Assembly: GCA_965204755.1 (NCBI GenBank)
Contig: OZ242011.1
Location: 2,240,001 to 2,304,000 of the forward strand
Length of the DNA stretch: 64,000 bases
Source of the DNA: Candidatus Marinacidobacterium sp.
GTDB taxonomy: Bacteria; Acidobacteriota; Vicinamibacteria; Marinacidobacterales; Marinacidobacteraceae
Reading direction: 5' to 3'
Shown: positions 10,033-21,387 of the stretch, in pieces
Numbering within the stretch: the stretch's first letter is position 1
How the letters are laid out: each line of letters opens with the position of its first letter
Made by a program: the position numbers and the translations under genes
The notes under the pieces: generated by a model
Database searches by the model: none
Seen by the model: the letters and a program-made list of their open reading frames with translations, nothing else
What the model was told of the DNA's origin: nothing

Positions 10033-12887
10033 AAGGCGTGGCCGATGGTGAAGTGCCATTGCCGCCGCCGGAGGCCGCCGATGTCCCCGAGCCGAAACGC
10101 GTAGTCGAAACGCACCGGGCCGAGCGGGGTCGCCCACCGGAGTCCGAGCCCGGCGTTGTGGTTCCAGTCGATGTCCCCGAGCGGCGCCACCTCCGCGTAC
10201 ACCCCGCCATGATCGGAGAACAGGGCGCCTCCGAGGCTTCCGAAGATGGGGAAGCGCAACTCCAGGTTACCGACGGCGAGGAAGTTGCCGCCGAGCGGAT
10301 AGCCGCTGCGGTCGAGCGGGCCGGCGCGATCGAGCCGGAAGCCGCGGAGGGTGGTCGCGCCGCCGGCGAAGAACCGCTCGATGAGCGGCAACTGCGCCGG
10401 CTGTCCCTCGCCGAGCGTCCAACCGGCGCCGAGCCGGAGGGCGGCGGCCAACACCACCCGCCCGCCCACCGGGACATAGACGAACTGTTGTCCGAGGGCC
10501 TTCACGAACGGGGCCCGCGAGCCGAGCAGCGCCGACGACCACTTGAGGTCCACGATTCCGAACCGCCCCCGACCGGGATTCACCGGGTCGTCGCGCGTGT
10601 CTTCCACCACGGAGGCGGATACCGCCGAAAGCCACAGGCTCTCGGCGAAGTTGCGGTCGAGTTGGTTCGGATGGATCTTGAGGTCGGACAGTTCGTTCGC
10701 GGTGAAGTCGTAGCGGAGGAAGAGGCTCCGTCCGAACACCCGTCGGGACAGTTGCACCCCGACGCCGGTGCGGACGAAATCGAAGCCTTCCCGATCCTGC
10801 GCCTCGCGGTAGGCGCTCACGAAGAGCGGAACCGTGCCGGCCTCGTTCTCCGCGCCCCGGTAAGTGGCGATCATGCGGCTGCCGCGCACCGAGAGCCGGG
10901 CGAAGAGGCTCAGGGTGTGGCTCCTGCCGAAGAGGTTGCGGCGGGCCCACTCCACTTCGCCCCGCACCTGCTCCCGTTCGCTGTAGCCGGCGCCGTAACC
11001 CACGCTGGTGCGCGACGACTCCTCGACCCGGATGAGCACATTGCGCTCGTTGACCGATTCTTCCGGCTCGAGTAACACGACCTCCACCGTGCGGAAGATC
11101 CCCATGGACACCAGCCGATGCCTCACCTCGACCAGGTCGTCGTTCGAGAGCGGATCCCCTTCCCGGAACGGAAGCCGCGCCCGCAGGAAGGACTCGCGGG
11201 TCGCGGCCAGCCCGGCGACGATGACTTCCCCGACCGTGAGGTAGTCGCCGGGGCGGATGCGGAACACCACCTCCGCCCGGAGGGTCGCCGGGTCCACCGG
11301 CGCCTCCACTTCCACGACGGCGTCCAGGAAGCCGCGATTCCGGAGCCGGGCTTCCAGACTCTCCCGGGCGCCGACGACCCGTTCCGCCACGAACGGCATA
11401 CCGGCCGAGAGCATCGCGGCCTGCCGGAGTTCCTCGGGGGAGTCCGGCGCCTCTCCTTCGAAGCGGACGGAGCCGACGGTCGCCGCCGGACCGGGGCGGA
11501 CGCGCGCCGTCAGGGCGAGCGCGGTGGGATCGCCGCCGCCGGGGGTGACCGAAGCGGAGACCTCGGCCCGGTAGTGGCCCGCCTGCAGCAGGCTGCGCCG
11601 CAGTCCGCCGGTGGCGGCGGTCCACTCTTCCTCGCGGAAGACGCGTCCCTCGCGCAGCGGGCCGAGCGCCGCTTCCGCGAGCGGGGCGTCCTCCGCGGAG
11701 AGTCCCTCGACACGCACCGAACCGATGGTGTAGCGCGGCCCGGGTTCGGCCGTGAGCCGGACGGTCAGCCGCTCGTCCGAGTCGGAGGCGAACCGTTCCA
11801 CCGTCACCGCGGCGTCCCGGTAGCCGTCGGCGACGAGCAGCGCTTCTTGCTGTTGGCGCAGGCCCTCGAGGGCGTCGTCGGTGAGGCGGCGTTCGGTCAG
11901 CGACCACAGGGCGAGTTGCGCGCCCTCCCCGAGGCCGGGGAAGCCGAGAACCTCCAGGACGACCTCCGGCCCGGTTTCGACCAGCAGGACGACCTCCACC
12001 AGCGAGGGGTCCCCCCGGCGGAACGCGAAGTCGAGTTCCGCGAGCAGGTACCCGCGCTCCCGCAGGAGCCGCCGCGCGCGGGCCAGCCGCTCCACGAATT
12101 CGGGCTCCGACCAGACCTGGCCCGGAGTCATCTCCAGGTCGTCCGTGATGTCACGGGTCAGGTCATCGGGTGCGGTCTCCACGCGGAACGAGCCGACCCG
12201 CACCCTCAGACCCGGCTCGACCACGGCCTCGACCGCGGCATCGCTCCCCACCGGTTCCACCTCGACTCGCACCGAGGCGTCGAGGTAACCGAGGCTCCGG
12301 AGCCGCTCCTCCGCCGCCGTCCGCGCGACGGCGGCGTCGGGAACGGGCTCCCCCGTCTCGACGCCCAGCGCTTCCTCGATCTGCCGTTCGAGGCCGGGCG
12401 GCGCGCCGCGGACTTCGATCTCGCGGACGCGGGGCGCCGGGTCGAGCACGAACCGGAGCCCGGTGTTTCCGTCGGCGTCCAGCGCCGCCTGCACGCGCAC
12501 ATCGCGGAACCGACCGAGCGAGAAGATCTGCTTCACGGACTGGCGCACGGCCAACGCGCGGTAGGTGTCCCCCGGACGGAGGGACACCAGGCGGGAGGCC
12601 GCCTCCGGAACCGGGTCGGGACGGCCGTCGGCCCAGGCGACGGTGACGAACGCGATCCGCTGCCCGTCGAGGTCCGCCGACCGGGCGCGTCCCGATTGCC
12701 GGCCGACGCCGGCGGAGGTGGGGGCCGGTTCCGACGCCGCCCGGTTCGCGGCCGTCGCGGCGAGCACCGAGCAGAGCGCCGCGGCAGAGGCCCGGGCGCG
12801 GCCGGGCCCGCGCGCCCGCCGGCGACGGGGCCCCCGATCAGCCCGCGCCGGAAGCGTCCCGCCGGGAAACCGGGCGGGGCACTTCAT
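10029..12887 (-). CDS. Omp85 family outer-membrane protein with multiple POTRA domains (TamA/BamA-like)
   Basis: POTRA repeats, RFFAGGATTLRGF, GLGLRWATPLGPVRFDYA, terminal FTIGHAF. Directly downstream of tamB; ATG 12887. Confidence 0.9.
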   Translation of the reverse strand: MKCPARFPGGTLPARADRGPRRRRARGPGRARASAAALCSVLAATAANRAASEPAPTSAGVGRQSGRARSADLDGQRIAFVTVAWADGRPDPVPEAASRLVSLRPGDTYRALAVRQSVKQIFSLGRFRDVRVQAALDADGNTGLRFVLDPAPRVREIEVRGAPPGLERQIEEALGVETGEPVPDAAVARTAAEERLRSLGYLDASVRVEVEPVGSDAAVEAVVEPGLRVRVGSFRVETAPDDLTRDITDDLEMTPGQVWSEPEFVERLARARRLLRERGYLLAELDFAFRRGDPSLVEVVLLVETGPEVVLEVLGFPGLGEGAQLALWSLTERRLTDDALEGLRQQQEALLVADGYRDAAVTVERFASDSDERLTVRLTAEPGPRYTIGSVRVEGLSAEDAPLAEAALGPLREGRVFREEEWTAATGGLRRSLLQAGHYRAEVSASVTPGGGDPTALALTARVRPGPAATVGSVRFEGEAPDSPEELRQAAMLSAGMPFVAERVVGARESLEARLRNRGFLDAVVEVEAPVDPATLRAEVVFRIRPGDYLTVGEVIVAGLAATRESFLRARLPFREGDPLSNDDLVEVRHRLVSMGIFRTVEVVLLEPEESVNERNVLIRVEESSRTSVGYGAGYSEREQVRGEVEWARRNLFGRSHTLSLFARLSVRGSRMIATYRGAENEAGTVPLFVSAYREAQDREGFDFVRTGVGVQLSRRVFGRSLFLRYDFTANELSDLKIHPNQLDRNFAESLWLSAVSASVVEDTRDDPVNPGRGRFGIVDLKWSSALLGSRAPFVKALGQQFVYVPVGGRVVLAAALRLGAGWTLGEGQPAQLPLIERFFAGGATTLRGFRLDRAGPLDRSGYPLGGNFLAVGNLELRFPIFGSLGGALFSDHGGVYAEVAPLGDIDWNHNAGLGLRWATPLGPVRFDYAFRLGDIGGLRRRQWHFTIGHAF

Positions 12888-12934
12888 GCTCTTCGGTCGA
12901 GGAGGCGAGGGCAGGGCGCTTCTTCCACGGGCCG

Positions 12935-15900
12935 TCAGAAGGTGCGATGGAACCGGACATCCACTCCCAGCGAGCCGTCGCGATCCCGCGAGAAGATCCA
13001 GGACACCGGGCCGCGGGGCGTGTATTCGACGACGATGATGGCTTCCTCGGTCGCCGAGAGGCTCGAGGAGTAGCGGACGCTCAGATCCGGCGAGAGTTGC
13101 TTGCCGAGTGTCACTCGCGCCGTCGGGTTGCTGAAGCGCCCGATCAGGAACGGATCGATGCTGAACCGGTCGATCCCGAACACGCGCCCGGCGCGCCTTC
13201 CGATCATGTTGCTGAGTTGCTGGCTGAGGAGGGTGGCGGCCGAGGCGGCGGCGACTTCGTCTTCGCCTCCCGCGCGCAGCAGATCCTGTTCCGGGGCGCC
13301 GGACAGGAGGCGCAGGATGTCCGTCTCCCGGAGGGGCGGTTCGGAAGTCAGGTTCGCTTGGATCTGCTCCGTCGTCCCCGAAGCCCGGAGTTGCACCCGG
13401 TAACTGCGCACCGTCGTCTCCGCCTCGAGATCGAACACCGGCTCGATGCCTTCGGGATCGATGAAGTCCGCGCGGCCGGAGACGATCGAGAAACGATGCG
13501 CACCGAAGAAGGCATCCCCGCCGACCAGGTCCGCCCGCCCGAGGAGCGCCGGCGACCCTGCCGTTCCGCGCAGTTCGAAGTCGGCGGCCGCCTGCAATTC
13601 GAACAGGGAGTTGCTCACCCGGAAAGGTGAGCCGGTCTCCACCCGGACATCCATCCGAAGGTCGTCGAAGCCGCCATCTTCCGTTTCCGAAGTCCCGCTC
13701 ACCGCGTTCAAGTCCGCGAGGATGTTGGCGAACAGTTCGTACTCCCGGCTCCACACCGCCTCGTCGAGTCGAACCGCGCCGGTGACCAGCCTCAGGTCGC
13801 GGTTCCCCAGCACCTGGAGGTCGGCGTTCACGGTCGCCGAGAGGTCGGACGGATAGCGCAGCCGCGCGTCGGTGATCCGGAGCCGCAGGTCCGTCGCGTC
13901 CACGGCGGCTTCGGAGAACGACACCGAGCCGGACAGGACCGTCGCGCCGGACCCGAGGCGCCCGGCGACTTCCGCCGCCCGGACGGTATTCCGGTCGAAC
14001 GCGATCTCGCCGGAGACTTCCCGCAGCGCGTGGGGGAAGCCGGCGACCAGGAAATCCCCGTCCCGAATCCGCCCGCTGCCGACGACCCCCGGCGCCTCCC
14101 AGGGGCCGACGATCTCCACATCCAGCGCCAACTCGCCCTCCGCATCCAGCCCCTCGAGCAGCGGTTCGGCGGCAGCCAGGGACACCTCGCCGGACAGGAA
14201 GAGGTCGATCTCCTCCCGGTTCAATTCCGCTGCCCCGGCGATTCGGAGCCGGTCTTCGCCTCGCCGGACTTCGAGTTCTTCGAGTTCGACCCGCGCGTTT
14301 TCGAGCCTTACGCCGGCGGGCCGAACGATCGACGCCGTGAAGTCCGGCGCGGAGATCTCGAGCCCGGAGAGGGTCGCGCTCCCGGTCATCCATTCGTCGT
14401 AGGGGTTTTCGATGTGGAAATCCGCATCGCCGCTCACGACGACGGAGAGCCCCTGCGCGGCGGCAGATTCGGAGACCAGGGGGCCGATCTCCAGGCCCCG
14501 GACGGCGACCGTTCCCGCGCCCTCCGTTCCGAAGGGAACCGCCCCCTCCACCCGGAACGACGCCCTTCCCGAGTCCACGGCGCCGCGCCCGACGAAGGTC
14601 TCGCCGCGCACCTCCCCGCTGATGGTTCCCGGCCCGAGCGGAAGACCGACGACCGAAGCCTCGGTGACGCGGGCTTCCAAGTCGAGCGCCGGAACCAACA
14701 GGTCGCCGCCGATGTCCAGGGTGAAGTCCGACGGAATGGAGATCCACTCCGGCGCCAGTCCCGGGGTGAGGGGATAGCCGGCGCCGGTGATCCGTCCGTC
14801 CATCTCCCACTCGACCAGCCCGATGTCCAGGGCGCCGGCCGCCGTTCCGGCGCCGAAGGCTCCGGTGATCGGCGCGAGGCGGGCGGTCTCGCCGTCGAGA
14901 GTCCAGTCCACCCGGGCCTCGTCGAAGGGCTGTTCGAGGAACGCGCCGTTCCACCCGGTCACCGTCCCGCTCCCGGTGTAGCGCTCGCTTCGACGAACCG
15001 TCTCGCTCCTTCCGGTGGCCGTTCCCTCCGCCACCACATCCCACTCCAGGAAGTCCACGATCTGCCGGATGTCCCAGTCTTCCCACTCCGCGTCGAACTC
15101 CATGTCGGGCCAGGTCTCGGTCCCGCGCCGGAACACGCCGGAGACCGCCAGCCGGCTCTCGCCGGCGCGCGCGCCCATCCGGTCGAGCCAGATCGTGTCC
15201 CGGCCGATGCGGCCGGCGGCGAGCAGGGTTTCGGTTCGGATCGTCGAGAAGCGCATCCCGCGGCCTTCGATTTCGCCGGCGATCACCAGGCGCGGCCACC
15301 GCCCGGTGATCGCGCCCTCGAAACTGCCCTCTCCGGAGACATCCCAGAAGGTCGTCTCCGGCGCTTCCCCGAAAAGCACCCGGCGCAGTTCCTGTTGCGC
15401 CGCATCCACCTGGGCGGACTCGCCGGCCAGCGCTCGGGCGGTGAACTCGGCCGGGCCGACGCGCGGATAGCGGCCTTCGGCGGACGCCCGGTAGGCGGCC
15501 CCGTCGAAGGAGAGGCGATGGACGGTCACGCCGCCGTCGTCGAGCGTGAGGGCGGCTTCGAGCCCGAGCGGCAGTTCCCCTTCCGCGGCGCCCCCTGCCG
15601 GGAGGGTCCCGGTCGCCGTGATTTCGCCGGTCATGAGGCCGGGTTCGGAGAGGGGCAGCCGCAGGTCGGCGCGAAGGGCGAGGCGCGAGCGAAGCGAGGT
15701 CTCGCCGCCGAAGAGCCCCGCGAGAGCCTCCGAGAGCGCGCTGTCCCGCAGTTCGAGGAGGATGTCGGCCGGATTCTCCTCGCGCGGCTGCACCTGGCGG
15801 AAGCGGAGGCTGCCCTCGCCCCCGGCGGCGACCCCCTCGGAGGACAGGATCTCGACGCGGTCGGGGTCCCAATGCACCTCGCCCGTCCAGTCGTGGAACG

Positions 15901-16846
15901 GAACGCCGTAGAAGCGGCCGCGCGGCAGGGTGAAGTCCCCGTCCACCGCGAGACCGTTCTCCTGGAATCCGGCCGCGCCCTCGAACGCGAAGCGCGGCTC
16001 GCCTTCGGTGTCCAGCCCGTCGAACTCGAAGAGGAATCTTCCGAGCGCTCCGGCATCACCCCGGCCGCGCAGTCCCATCGCGCCGGCCAGGTCGTTCGCC
16101 AGGTCCAGACTGCCGTCCAGCGCCACGGTCAGCAGGTCGGAGCGCAGGTCCACCCGGTCGAGGTGGAGCACGCTGCCCTCGAGGCGCAACTCGGCCTCGA
16201 GCGCCATCGGCAGGTCCGCCTGCTGCCAGAGCCGGATGACGCCCTGCCCGTAGGAGATCCGGCCTTCCACCGCTCCTTCCGCCGACCGCATCGCGAGGTC
16301 GAAGTCGTCCGCGCGGATCTCCCAAGGGGTCGGCCGATTCCGGTAGCCGATCGTGGTCCCGGTGACGGTCAGCCGGTCGCTGGTGAAGGACAGCCAGGAG
16401 GTCACCCGCTCGACCCAGGGGGACACCGGCGGCCGGGGCGGGGGCGGCGTTCCGCCGTCGTCGAGACCGCGGACCGCGACGCCGCGGAGTTCCAGGGTCT
16501 CGAGGTGGAGGTGCGGCGGGAAGAGCGACCTCCAACTCAATTGCCCTCGGATTTCGTCGACGGAGACCGCGGGCGGCGCCGGCGCGGTCCCGCCGCCGAC
16601 GCGGCCGATCTGCAGTCCTCGCAGCCGCAGTTCACCGTCCGTTAGCGAGAACGCGAGGTCGGAGAGCGCGACGGGCCGGGCCAGGACCGCGGCCAGCCGG
16701 GTCGTGAGCGCCTCGCGGACCCGTTCGGGCGTGAGTACGAGGGACATCCAGCCGACGCCGACGCCGATGGTGATGGCGGTGGCCAGGGCCGCCGCGGCGA
16801 GGATCGCTGCGGTGCGATGGCGGCGCGGCGGCCGGAGGTCTGACAA
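12935..16846 (-). CDS. tamB: Translocation and assembly module protein TamB (AsmA-like N-terminus, DUF490 C-terminus)
   Basis: N-terminal TM anchor, long beta-taco repeats, C-terminal LTSEPPLRETDILRLL...VTLGKQLSPDLSVRY; adjacent to an Omp85 gene. Confidence 0.88.
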   Translation of the reverse strand: MSDLRPPRRHRTAAILAAAALATAITIGVGVGWMSLVLTPERVREALTTRLAAVLARPVALSDLAFSLTDGELRLRGLQIGRVGGGTAPAPPAVSVDEIRGQLSWRSLFPPHLHLETLELRGVAVRGLDDGGTPPPPRPPVSPWVERVTSWLSFTSDRLTVTGTTIGYRNRPTPWEIRADDFDLAMRSAEGAVEGRISYGQGVIRLWQQADLPMALEAELRLEGSVLHLDRVDLRSDLLTVALDGSLDLANDLAGAMGLRGRGDAGALGRFLFEFDGLDTEGEPRFAFEGAAGFQENGLAVDGDFTLPRGRFYGVPFHDWTGEVHWDPDRVEILSSEGVAAGGEGSLRFRQVQPREENPADILLELRDSALSEALAGLFGGETSLRSRLALRADLRLPLSEPGLMTGEITATGTLPAGGAAEGELPLGLEAALTLDDGGVTVHRLSFDGAAYRASAEGRYPRVGPAEFTARALAGESAQVDAAQQELRRVLFGEAPETTFWDVSGEGSFEGAITGRWPRLVIAGEIEGRGMRFSTIRTETLLAAGRIGRDTIWLDRMGARAGESRLAVSGVFRRGTETWPDMEFDAEWEDWDIRQIVDFLEWDVVAEGTATGRSETVRRSERYTGSGTVTGWNGAFLEQPFDEARVDWTLDGETARLAPITGAFGAGTAAGALDIGLVEWEMDGRITGAGYPLTPGLAPEWISIPSDFTLDIGGDLLVPALDLEARVTEASVVGLPLGPGTISGEVRGETFVGRGAVDSGRASFRVEGAVPFGTEGAGTVAVRGLEIGPLVSESAAAQGLSVVVSGDADFHIENPYDEWMTGSATLSGLEISAPDFTASIVRPAGVRLENARVELEELEVRRGEDRLRIAGAAELNREEIDLFLSGEVSLAAAEPLLEGLDAEGELALDVEIVGPWEAPGVVGSGRIRDGDFLVAGFPHALREVSGEIAFDRNTVRAAEVAGRLGSGATVLSGSVSFSEAAVDATDLRLRITDARLRYPSDLSATVNADLQVLGNRDLRLVTGAVRLDEAVWSREYELFANILADLNAVSGTSETEDGGFDDLRMDVRVETGSPFRVSNSLFELQAAADFELRGTAGSPALLGRADLVGGDAFFGAHRFSIVSGRADFIDPEGIEPVFDLEAETTVRSYRVQLRASGTTEQIQANLTSEPPLRETDILRLLSGAPEQDLLRAGGEDEVAAASAATLLSQQLSNMIGRRAGRVFGIDRFSIDPFLIGRFSNPTARVTLGKQLSPDLSVRYSSSLSATEEAIIVVEYTPRGPVSWIFSRDRDGSLGVDVRFHRTF

Positions 16847-16853
16847 GCGGGGT

Positions 16854-17441
16854 TCAGCCGGCCGGCGTATCGGCCGGCATATCGGTCGGCGAATCGGTCG
16901 GCGAGTCGGCGGGAAGGACGGCGAACAGCACCTCGCCTCCCCCGAGCGAGGCGTCCGGAGCGACCCTCATGTTAGCCACGACGCCGTCCACCGGAGCGCG
17001 GATCTCGTTCTGCATCTTCATCGCTTCGAGGACGAGCACGCCTTCGCCGGCCCTTACCGGATCGCCCTCCTCCCGCAGGAGGCGCACCACCCTTCCGGGC
17101 ATCGGCGCCCGCACTTCGGTACGCCCGCCGGAGGCGTCGGCGTTCGCCGACGAGCGAACCGCGGCGCTCGCGAATCGGAAAGTCTCGCCTTCGACGACGA
17201 CCGTGACCGCCCCGGCGGCGCTCCGGGTCACTCCCGTTTCCCGGGTCGTTCGTTCGCGGACGACCGAGTACCCGCCCGGCGCCGGCCGCACTCGCGCCTC
17301 GCCGGCAACCCCATCGACCCGGACGAGCGTCTCGCCTTCGACGCCGGCGCCCGGTTCTTCGGGCTGCGAGATCTCGACGGCCAAGTCGCGCCCGTCGTCG
17401 CGTCCGTCATCGCGCCCGTAGAGGCGGAGAATCCGGCGCAT
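16854..17441 (-). CDS. Biotin carboxyl carrier protein subunit of an acyl-CoA carboxylase
   Basis: APMPGRVV and EAMKMQNEIRAP biotinylation motif. Confidence 0.9.
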   Translation of the reverse strand: MRRILRLYGRDDGRDDGRDLAVEISQPEEPGAGVEGETLVRVDGVAGEARVRPAPGGYSVVRERTTRETGVTRSAAGAVTVVVEGETFRFASAAVRSSANADASGGRTEVRAPMPGRVVRLLREEGDPVRAGEGVLVLEAMKMQNEIRAPVDGVVANMRVAPDASLGGGEVLFAVLPADSPTDSPTDMPADTPAG

Positions 17442-17503
17442 CGCGGCTCAGCGGACTCCGGGATGCGGGCCCGACGGAGGCGTCCGCCGCCGTCGGAGAG
17501 GTC

Positions 17504-19006
17504 TCACCACGGCGGCGCTCCGCCGGGGCGGGCGGCGTCGCGCCAGCGGGAGCCCGGCGCCGGAGCGGCCGGCGGCCGTCTCCCGGCCAACTCGGCGGCG
17601 GCCGCCGCCGCCGCGAAAGGCAGCAGGGCTTCGCGCGCATCGCGCCTCCCGCCGGCCGGGCCCTCGGTCAAGCCCGGCCAGTGCTCGCCGATGAAGCCGG
17701 TGTCGATCGCGCCCTGCCGGAATGCTTCCGATTCCAGGACCCGCTCGAAGAAAGGGAGCGAGGTCGGGACGCCGACCAGCCGAGTCTCCCGGACCGCCCG
17801 CAGGGCGCGCCGGCGCGCCGTTTCGCGGTCCGGGCCCCAAGCGATGACCTTGGCGAGCAGGGAGTCGTAGTCGGCCGGTACCGAACTCCCGCTGACCACG
17901 CCCGAATCGCACCGGACACCGGGCCCGCCCGGGGCGCGGAACTCGCGAAGCCTCCCGGAGGCCGGCAGGAAGCCGGCGAACGGATCTTCGGCGGTGATGC
18001 GCAACTCGATCGCCGCGCCGCGGTGGGTCACCTCGGACTGGCGGAAGCCGAGCGGCTCCCCCGCGGCCACGCGCAGTTGGAGCGCCACGAGGTCGAGGCC
18101 GGTCCGAGCCTCGGTGACCGGATGTTCCACCTGGAGCCGCGCGTTCATCTCGAGGAAGTGGTAGCCGCCGGCGTCGAGCAGGAATTCCACCGTGCCGGCG
18201 CCGACATACCCGGCCCGTTCGGCGAGGCGCGCCGCAGCGGCGCCGAGTTCGTCCCGGAGAGAGGAGTCCACTGCCGGGGACGGACTCTCTTCGAGGAGTT
18301 TCTGGTTGCGCCGCTGGATCGAGCACTCGCGCTCGCCCAGATGCACCACCGTCCCGCCGGCGTCCGCGAACACCTGTACTTCCACATGGCGCGGCCGTTC
18401 GATCAGTCGTTCCAGGAACACGCGGCCGTCGGCGAACGCGGATTCGGCCTCGGACTGCGCCTCCGCGATCGCGCTCTCGAGGGCGGCCGGTTCGCGCACG
18501 ACGCGCATTCCCATTCCGCCGCCGCCGCCGACGGCCTTGATGAGCAGCGGGAACCCGATCTCGTCGGCCGCGCGCCGGCCCTCTTCTCCGCTTTCGAGCA
18601 CACCGGAGCCGGGCGCTGTCGGGACGCCGGAACGCTCGGCCGCGGCGCGGGCCCGCGCCTTGTCGCCCATGAGCCGCATGGCTTCGGGCGGGGGCCCGAC
18701 GAAGACGATTCCCGCGGCCGCACAGGCGGCGGCGAAGTCCGCGTTTTCCGCCAGGAAGCCGTAGCCGGGATGGAGCGCTTCGGCGCCGAGCGCCCGGGCG
18801 GCTTCGATCACCCGCTCTCCGGCGAGGTAACTCTCTGCGGCGGGCGGCGGCCCGAGACAGACGGACTCGTCCGCGAGCCGCACATGGAGGGCGTCGCGGT
18901 CCGCTTCGGAGTGGACGGCGACCGGCGAGATCCCCAAGTCGCGGCACGCGCGGATCACGCGCACCGCGATCTCTCCGCGGTTCGCGATCAGGACCCGGCG
19001 GAACAC
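17504..19006 (-). CDS. accC: Biotin carboxylase subunit (acetyl/propionyl-CoA carboxylase)
   Basis: LIANRGEIAVRV, HPGYGFLAEN, GGGGMGMR, ERECSIQRRNQK, FLEMNARLQVEHPVTE. Confidence 0.93.
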   Translation of the reverse strand: MFRRVLIANRGEIAVRVIRACRDLGISPVAVHSEADRDALHVRLADESVCLGPPPAAESYLAGERVIEAARALGAEALHPGYGFLAENADFAAACAAAGIVFVGPPPEAMRLMGDKARARAAAERSGVPTAPGSGVLESGEEGRRAADEIGFPLLIKAVGGGGGMGMRVVREPAALESAIAEAQSEAESAFADGRVFLERLIERPRHVEVQVFADAGGTVVHLGERECSIQRRNQKLLEESPSPAVDSSLRDELGAAAARLAERAGYVGAGTVEFLLDAGGYHFLEMNARLQVEHPVTEARTGLDLVALQLRVAAGEPLGFRQSEVTHRGAAIELRITAEDPFAGFLPASGRLREFRAPGGPGVRCDSGVVSGSSVPADYDSLLAKVIAWGPDRETARRRALRAVRETRLVGVPTSLPFFERVLESEAFRQGAIDTGFIGEHWPGLTEGPAGGRRDAREALLPFAAAAAAAELAGRRPPAAPAPGSRWRDAARPGGAPPW

Positions 19007-19040
19007 GCGGGGCGGAGGGGCGGCGGGAGGAGGTCCGCCG

Positions 19041-20615
19041 TCACAGCGGGATGTTGCCGTGTTTCTTGGGCGGGTTTCGATCGCGCTTCGTCCGCAGGGA
19101 ACGGAGCGCGGCGATCAATTTCCGTCGCGTGCGCCGGGGCGGGATGACTTCGTCCACATAGCCCCGCTCGGCGGCCACATACGGGTTGGCGAATTTCTCC
19201 CGGTACGCGGCGACTCGCTTCGCTCGTTCCGCATCCGGATCTTCGGCCGCGGCGAGTTCGCGGCGGTAGAGCACATTCACCGCCGCCTCGGGGCCCATCA
19301 CCGCGATCTCGGCGCCGGGCCAAGCGTAATTCAGGTCCGTGCGGAGGTGTTTGCTCGCCATCACGCAGTAGGCGCCGCCGTACGCCTTCCGCAGGATGAC
19401 CGTGACCTTGGGCACGGTGGCCTCGGCGAAGGCGTAGAGCAGTTTCGCCCCGTGCCGGATGATGCCGCCCCACTCCTGTTCGGTCCCGGGGAGGAAACCC
19501 GGGACATCCTCGAACACGACCAGCGGTAGGTTGAAGGCGTCGCAGAACCGCACGAAACGCGCGCCCTTGACGGAGGCTTCGATGTCGAGCACGCCGGCCA
19601 GCACGGCCGGCTGGTTCGCGACGACCCCCACCGGGCGCCCGTCGAGGCGGGCGAAGCCCACCACGAGGTTCCCGGCGTGGAGTTCCTGGACCTCGAAGAA
19701 CTCACCGTCGTCCACGACCTCCCGGAGGATGTCCTTCACATCGTAGGGCAGATCCGGCTCTTCCGGCACGATCCGGTCCAGCGCCGGGCTATCCCGATCG
19801 GGAGCGTCGTTCGCCGCTCCCGCCGGGGGATCCTCGAGGTTGTTCAGGGGCAGGAACGAGAGCAGATGCCGGACGATGGCCAGGCAGTCGGCGTCGTCTT
19901 CGCCGAGGAAGTGGGCGTTCCCGGAGACGCGGTTGTGGGTCTCCGCTCCTCCGAGGCGTTCCTTGGTCACCTCTTCGCGGGTCACCGCCCGGATCACTTC
20001 CGGCCCGGTGACGAACATGTAACTCGCTCCGCGGGACATGATCGTGAAGTCGGTGATCGCCGGGGAGTACACCGCGCCGCCGGCGCATGGCCCGAGGATC
20101 GCGGAGATCTGCGGCACGACGCCGGACGCCAGGGTGTTGCGCAGGAAGATGTCGGCGTAACCGGCGAGCGAGACCACTCCTTCCTGGATCCGGGCGCCGC
20201 CCGAGTCGTTGAGCCCGATGATCGGGGCGCCCTGGCGCAGCGCCAGGTCCATGATCCGGCAGATCTTCCCGGCGCAGGCTTCGCTGAGCGAGCCGCCGAG
20301 GACCGTGAAGTCCTGCGCGAAGAGGTAGGCGAGCCGGCCGTCGATGCGGGCGTAGCCGGTGATGACTCCGTCGCCGGGGTACCGCCGGTCGTCGAGGCCG
20401 AAGTCGGTGGCGCGATGCTCGACCAACCGCCCGGTCTCCTCGAAAGTACCCGCGTCCGCCAGCGCGGCGATCCGTTCCCGGGCGGTCAGTCGGCCCGACT
20501 TCCGCTGGCGTTCGATTCGGGCCGCGCCGCCGCCCTCTTCGGCGCGGCGGTTTCGTTCGGCGAGCGCCGAAAGCGCCGAGGAGGGATCCCGGGGTGCGGC
20601 CTCCTCGCCGGGCAT
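19041..20615 (-). CDS. pccB: Acyl-CoA carboxylase carboxyltransferase (PccB/methylmalonyl-CoA type)
   Basis: [47 protein letters not shown], terminal KKHGNIPL. Start taken at ATG 20615 (uncertain). Confidence 0.93.
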   Translation of the reverse strand: MPGEEAAPRDPSSALSALAERNRRAEEGGGAARIERQRKSGRLTARERIAALADAGTFEETGRLVEHRATDFGLDDRRYPGDGVITGYARIDGRLAYLFAQDFTVLGGSLSEACAGKICRIMDLALRQGAPIIGLNDSGGARIQEGVVSLAGYADIFLRNTLASGVVPQISAILGPCAGGAVYSPAITDFTIMSRGASYMFVTGPEVIRAVTREEVTKERLGGAETHNRVSGNAHFLGEDDADCLAIVRHLLSFLPLNNLEDPPAGAANDAPDRDSPALDRIVPEEPDLPYDVKDILREVVDDGEFFEVQELHAGNLVVGFARLDGRPVGVVANQPAVLAGVLDIEASVKGARFVRFCDAFNLPLVVFEDVPGFLPGTEQEWGGIIRHGAKLLYAFAEATVPKVTVILRKAYGGAYCVMASKHLRTDLNYAWPGAEIAVMGPEAAVNVLYRRELAAAEDPDAERAKRVAAYREKFANPYVAAERGYVDEVIPPRRTRRKLIAALRSLRTKRDRNPPKKHGNIPL

Positions 20616-20647
20616 CGCCGAAACCGCCGAAGGAGGTCGTTCCGCGA

Positions 20648-21298
20648 CTAGCGGGAGGCCTTCGCCGCCGCCCAGTCCGCGAGGAACCGCTCCAGGCCGA
20701 TTTCGGTCAGGGGGTGCCGGATCAGCAGGTCGAGGACCGCCGCCGGCATGGTGGCGATGTCCGCGCCCAGTCGGGCCGCCTCGACGACATGGAGGGGGTT
20801 GCGGATGCTCGCCACCAGGATCCGGGTGTCGAAGGCGTAGTTCTCGAAGACTTCCCGGATGTCCGCGATCAGTTGCATCCCGGGCAGGGAGATGTCGTCG
20901 AGCCGCCCGACGAAGGGGCTCACGATGTAAGCGCCCGCCTTGGCCGCGAAGAGCGCCTGCGGCACGCTGAAACACAGCGTGACATTGACGCGGATGTCGT
21001 CTTCCTTCAGTCGCCGTACGGCGCGCAGCCCCGCCGGGGTCAGCGGGCACTTGACGACGATGTTGTCGGCGATCGCCGCGAAGTCGCGTCCTTCGGCCAC
21101 CATCCCGTCGGTGTCCGTGGCGACCACTTCCGCGGACACATCCCCCGGCACCAGTTCGCAGATGCGGGCGAGGATGTCCCGCGGATCCCCGGACTCCTTC
21201 GCCATCAACGAGGGATTCGTGGTGACGCCGTCCACGAGGCCCATCTCCGCTCCGCGGGCGATCGCCTCCAGGTTGGCGGTGTCGAGGAAGATCTGCAT
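20648..21298 (-). CDS. fsa: Transaldolase / fructose-6-phosphate aldolase family
   Basis: [20 protein letters not shown] Schiff-base Lys, [22 protein letters not shown]. Confidence 0.93.
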   Translation of the reverse strand: MQIFLDTANLEAIARGAEMGLVDGVTTNPSLMAKESGDPRDILARICELVPGDVSAEVVATDTDGMVAEGRDFAAIADNIVVKCPLTPAGLRAVRRLKEDDIRVNVTLCFSVPQALFAAKAGAYIVSPFVGRLDDISLPGMQLIADIREVFENYAFDTRILVASIRNPLHVVEAARLGADIATMPAAVLDLLIRHPLTEIGLERFLADWAAAKASR

Positions 21299-21387
21299 GC
21301 GGCGAAGCCCGGCGACCCGGGTTTCGCCGCGCGCCGCGGGATCCCCTTCCGGCTGGGGCGCGGAATTCTACTTCCGGCGCCGGTCGC

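Noticed and set aside
10029-15872. 1947-aa Omp85 giant protein, and similar long fusions (39954-44393, 35334-39221, 2730-4985, 53060-55174)
   Set aside because: The extensions are R/G/P-rich off-frame or antisense readings of neighbouring genes, caused by stop-codon scarcity at high GC.
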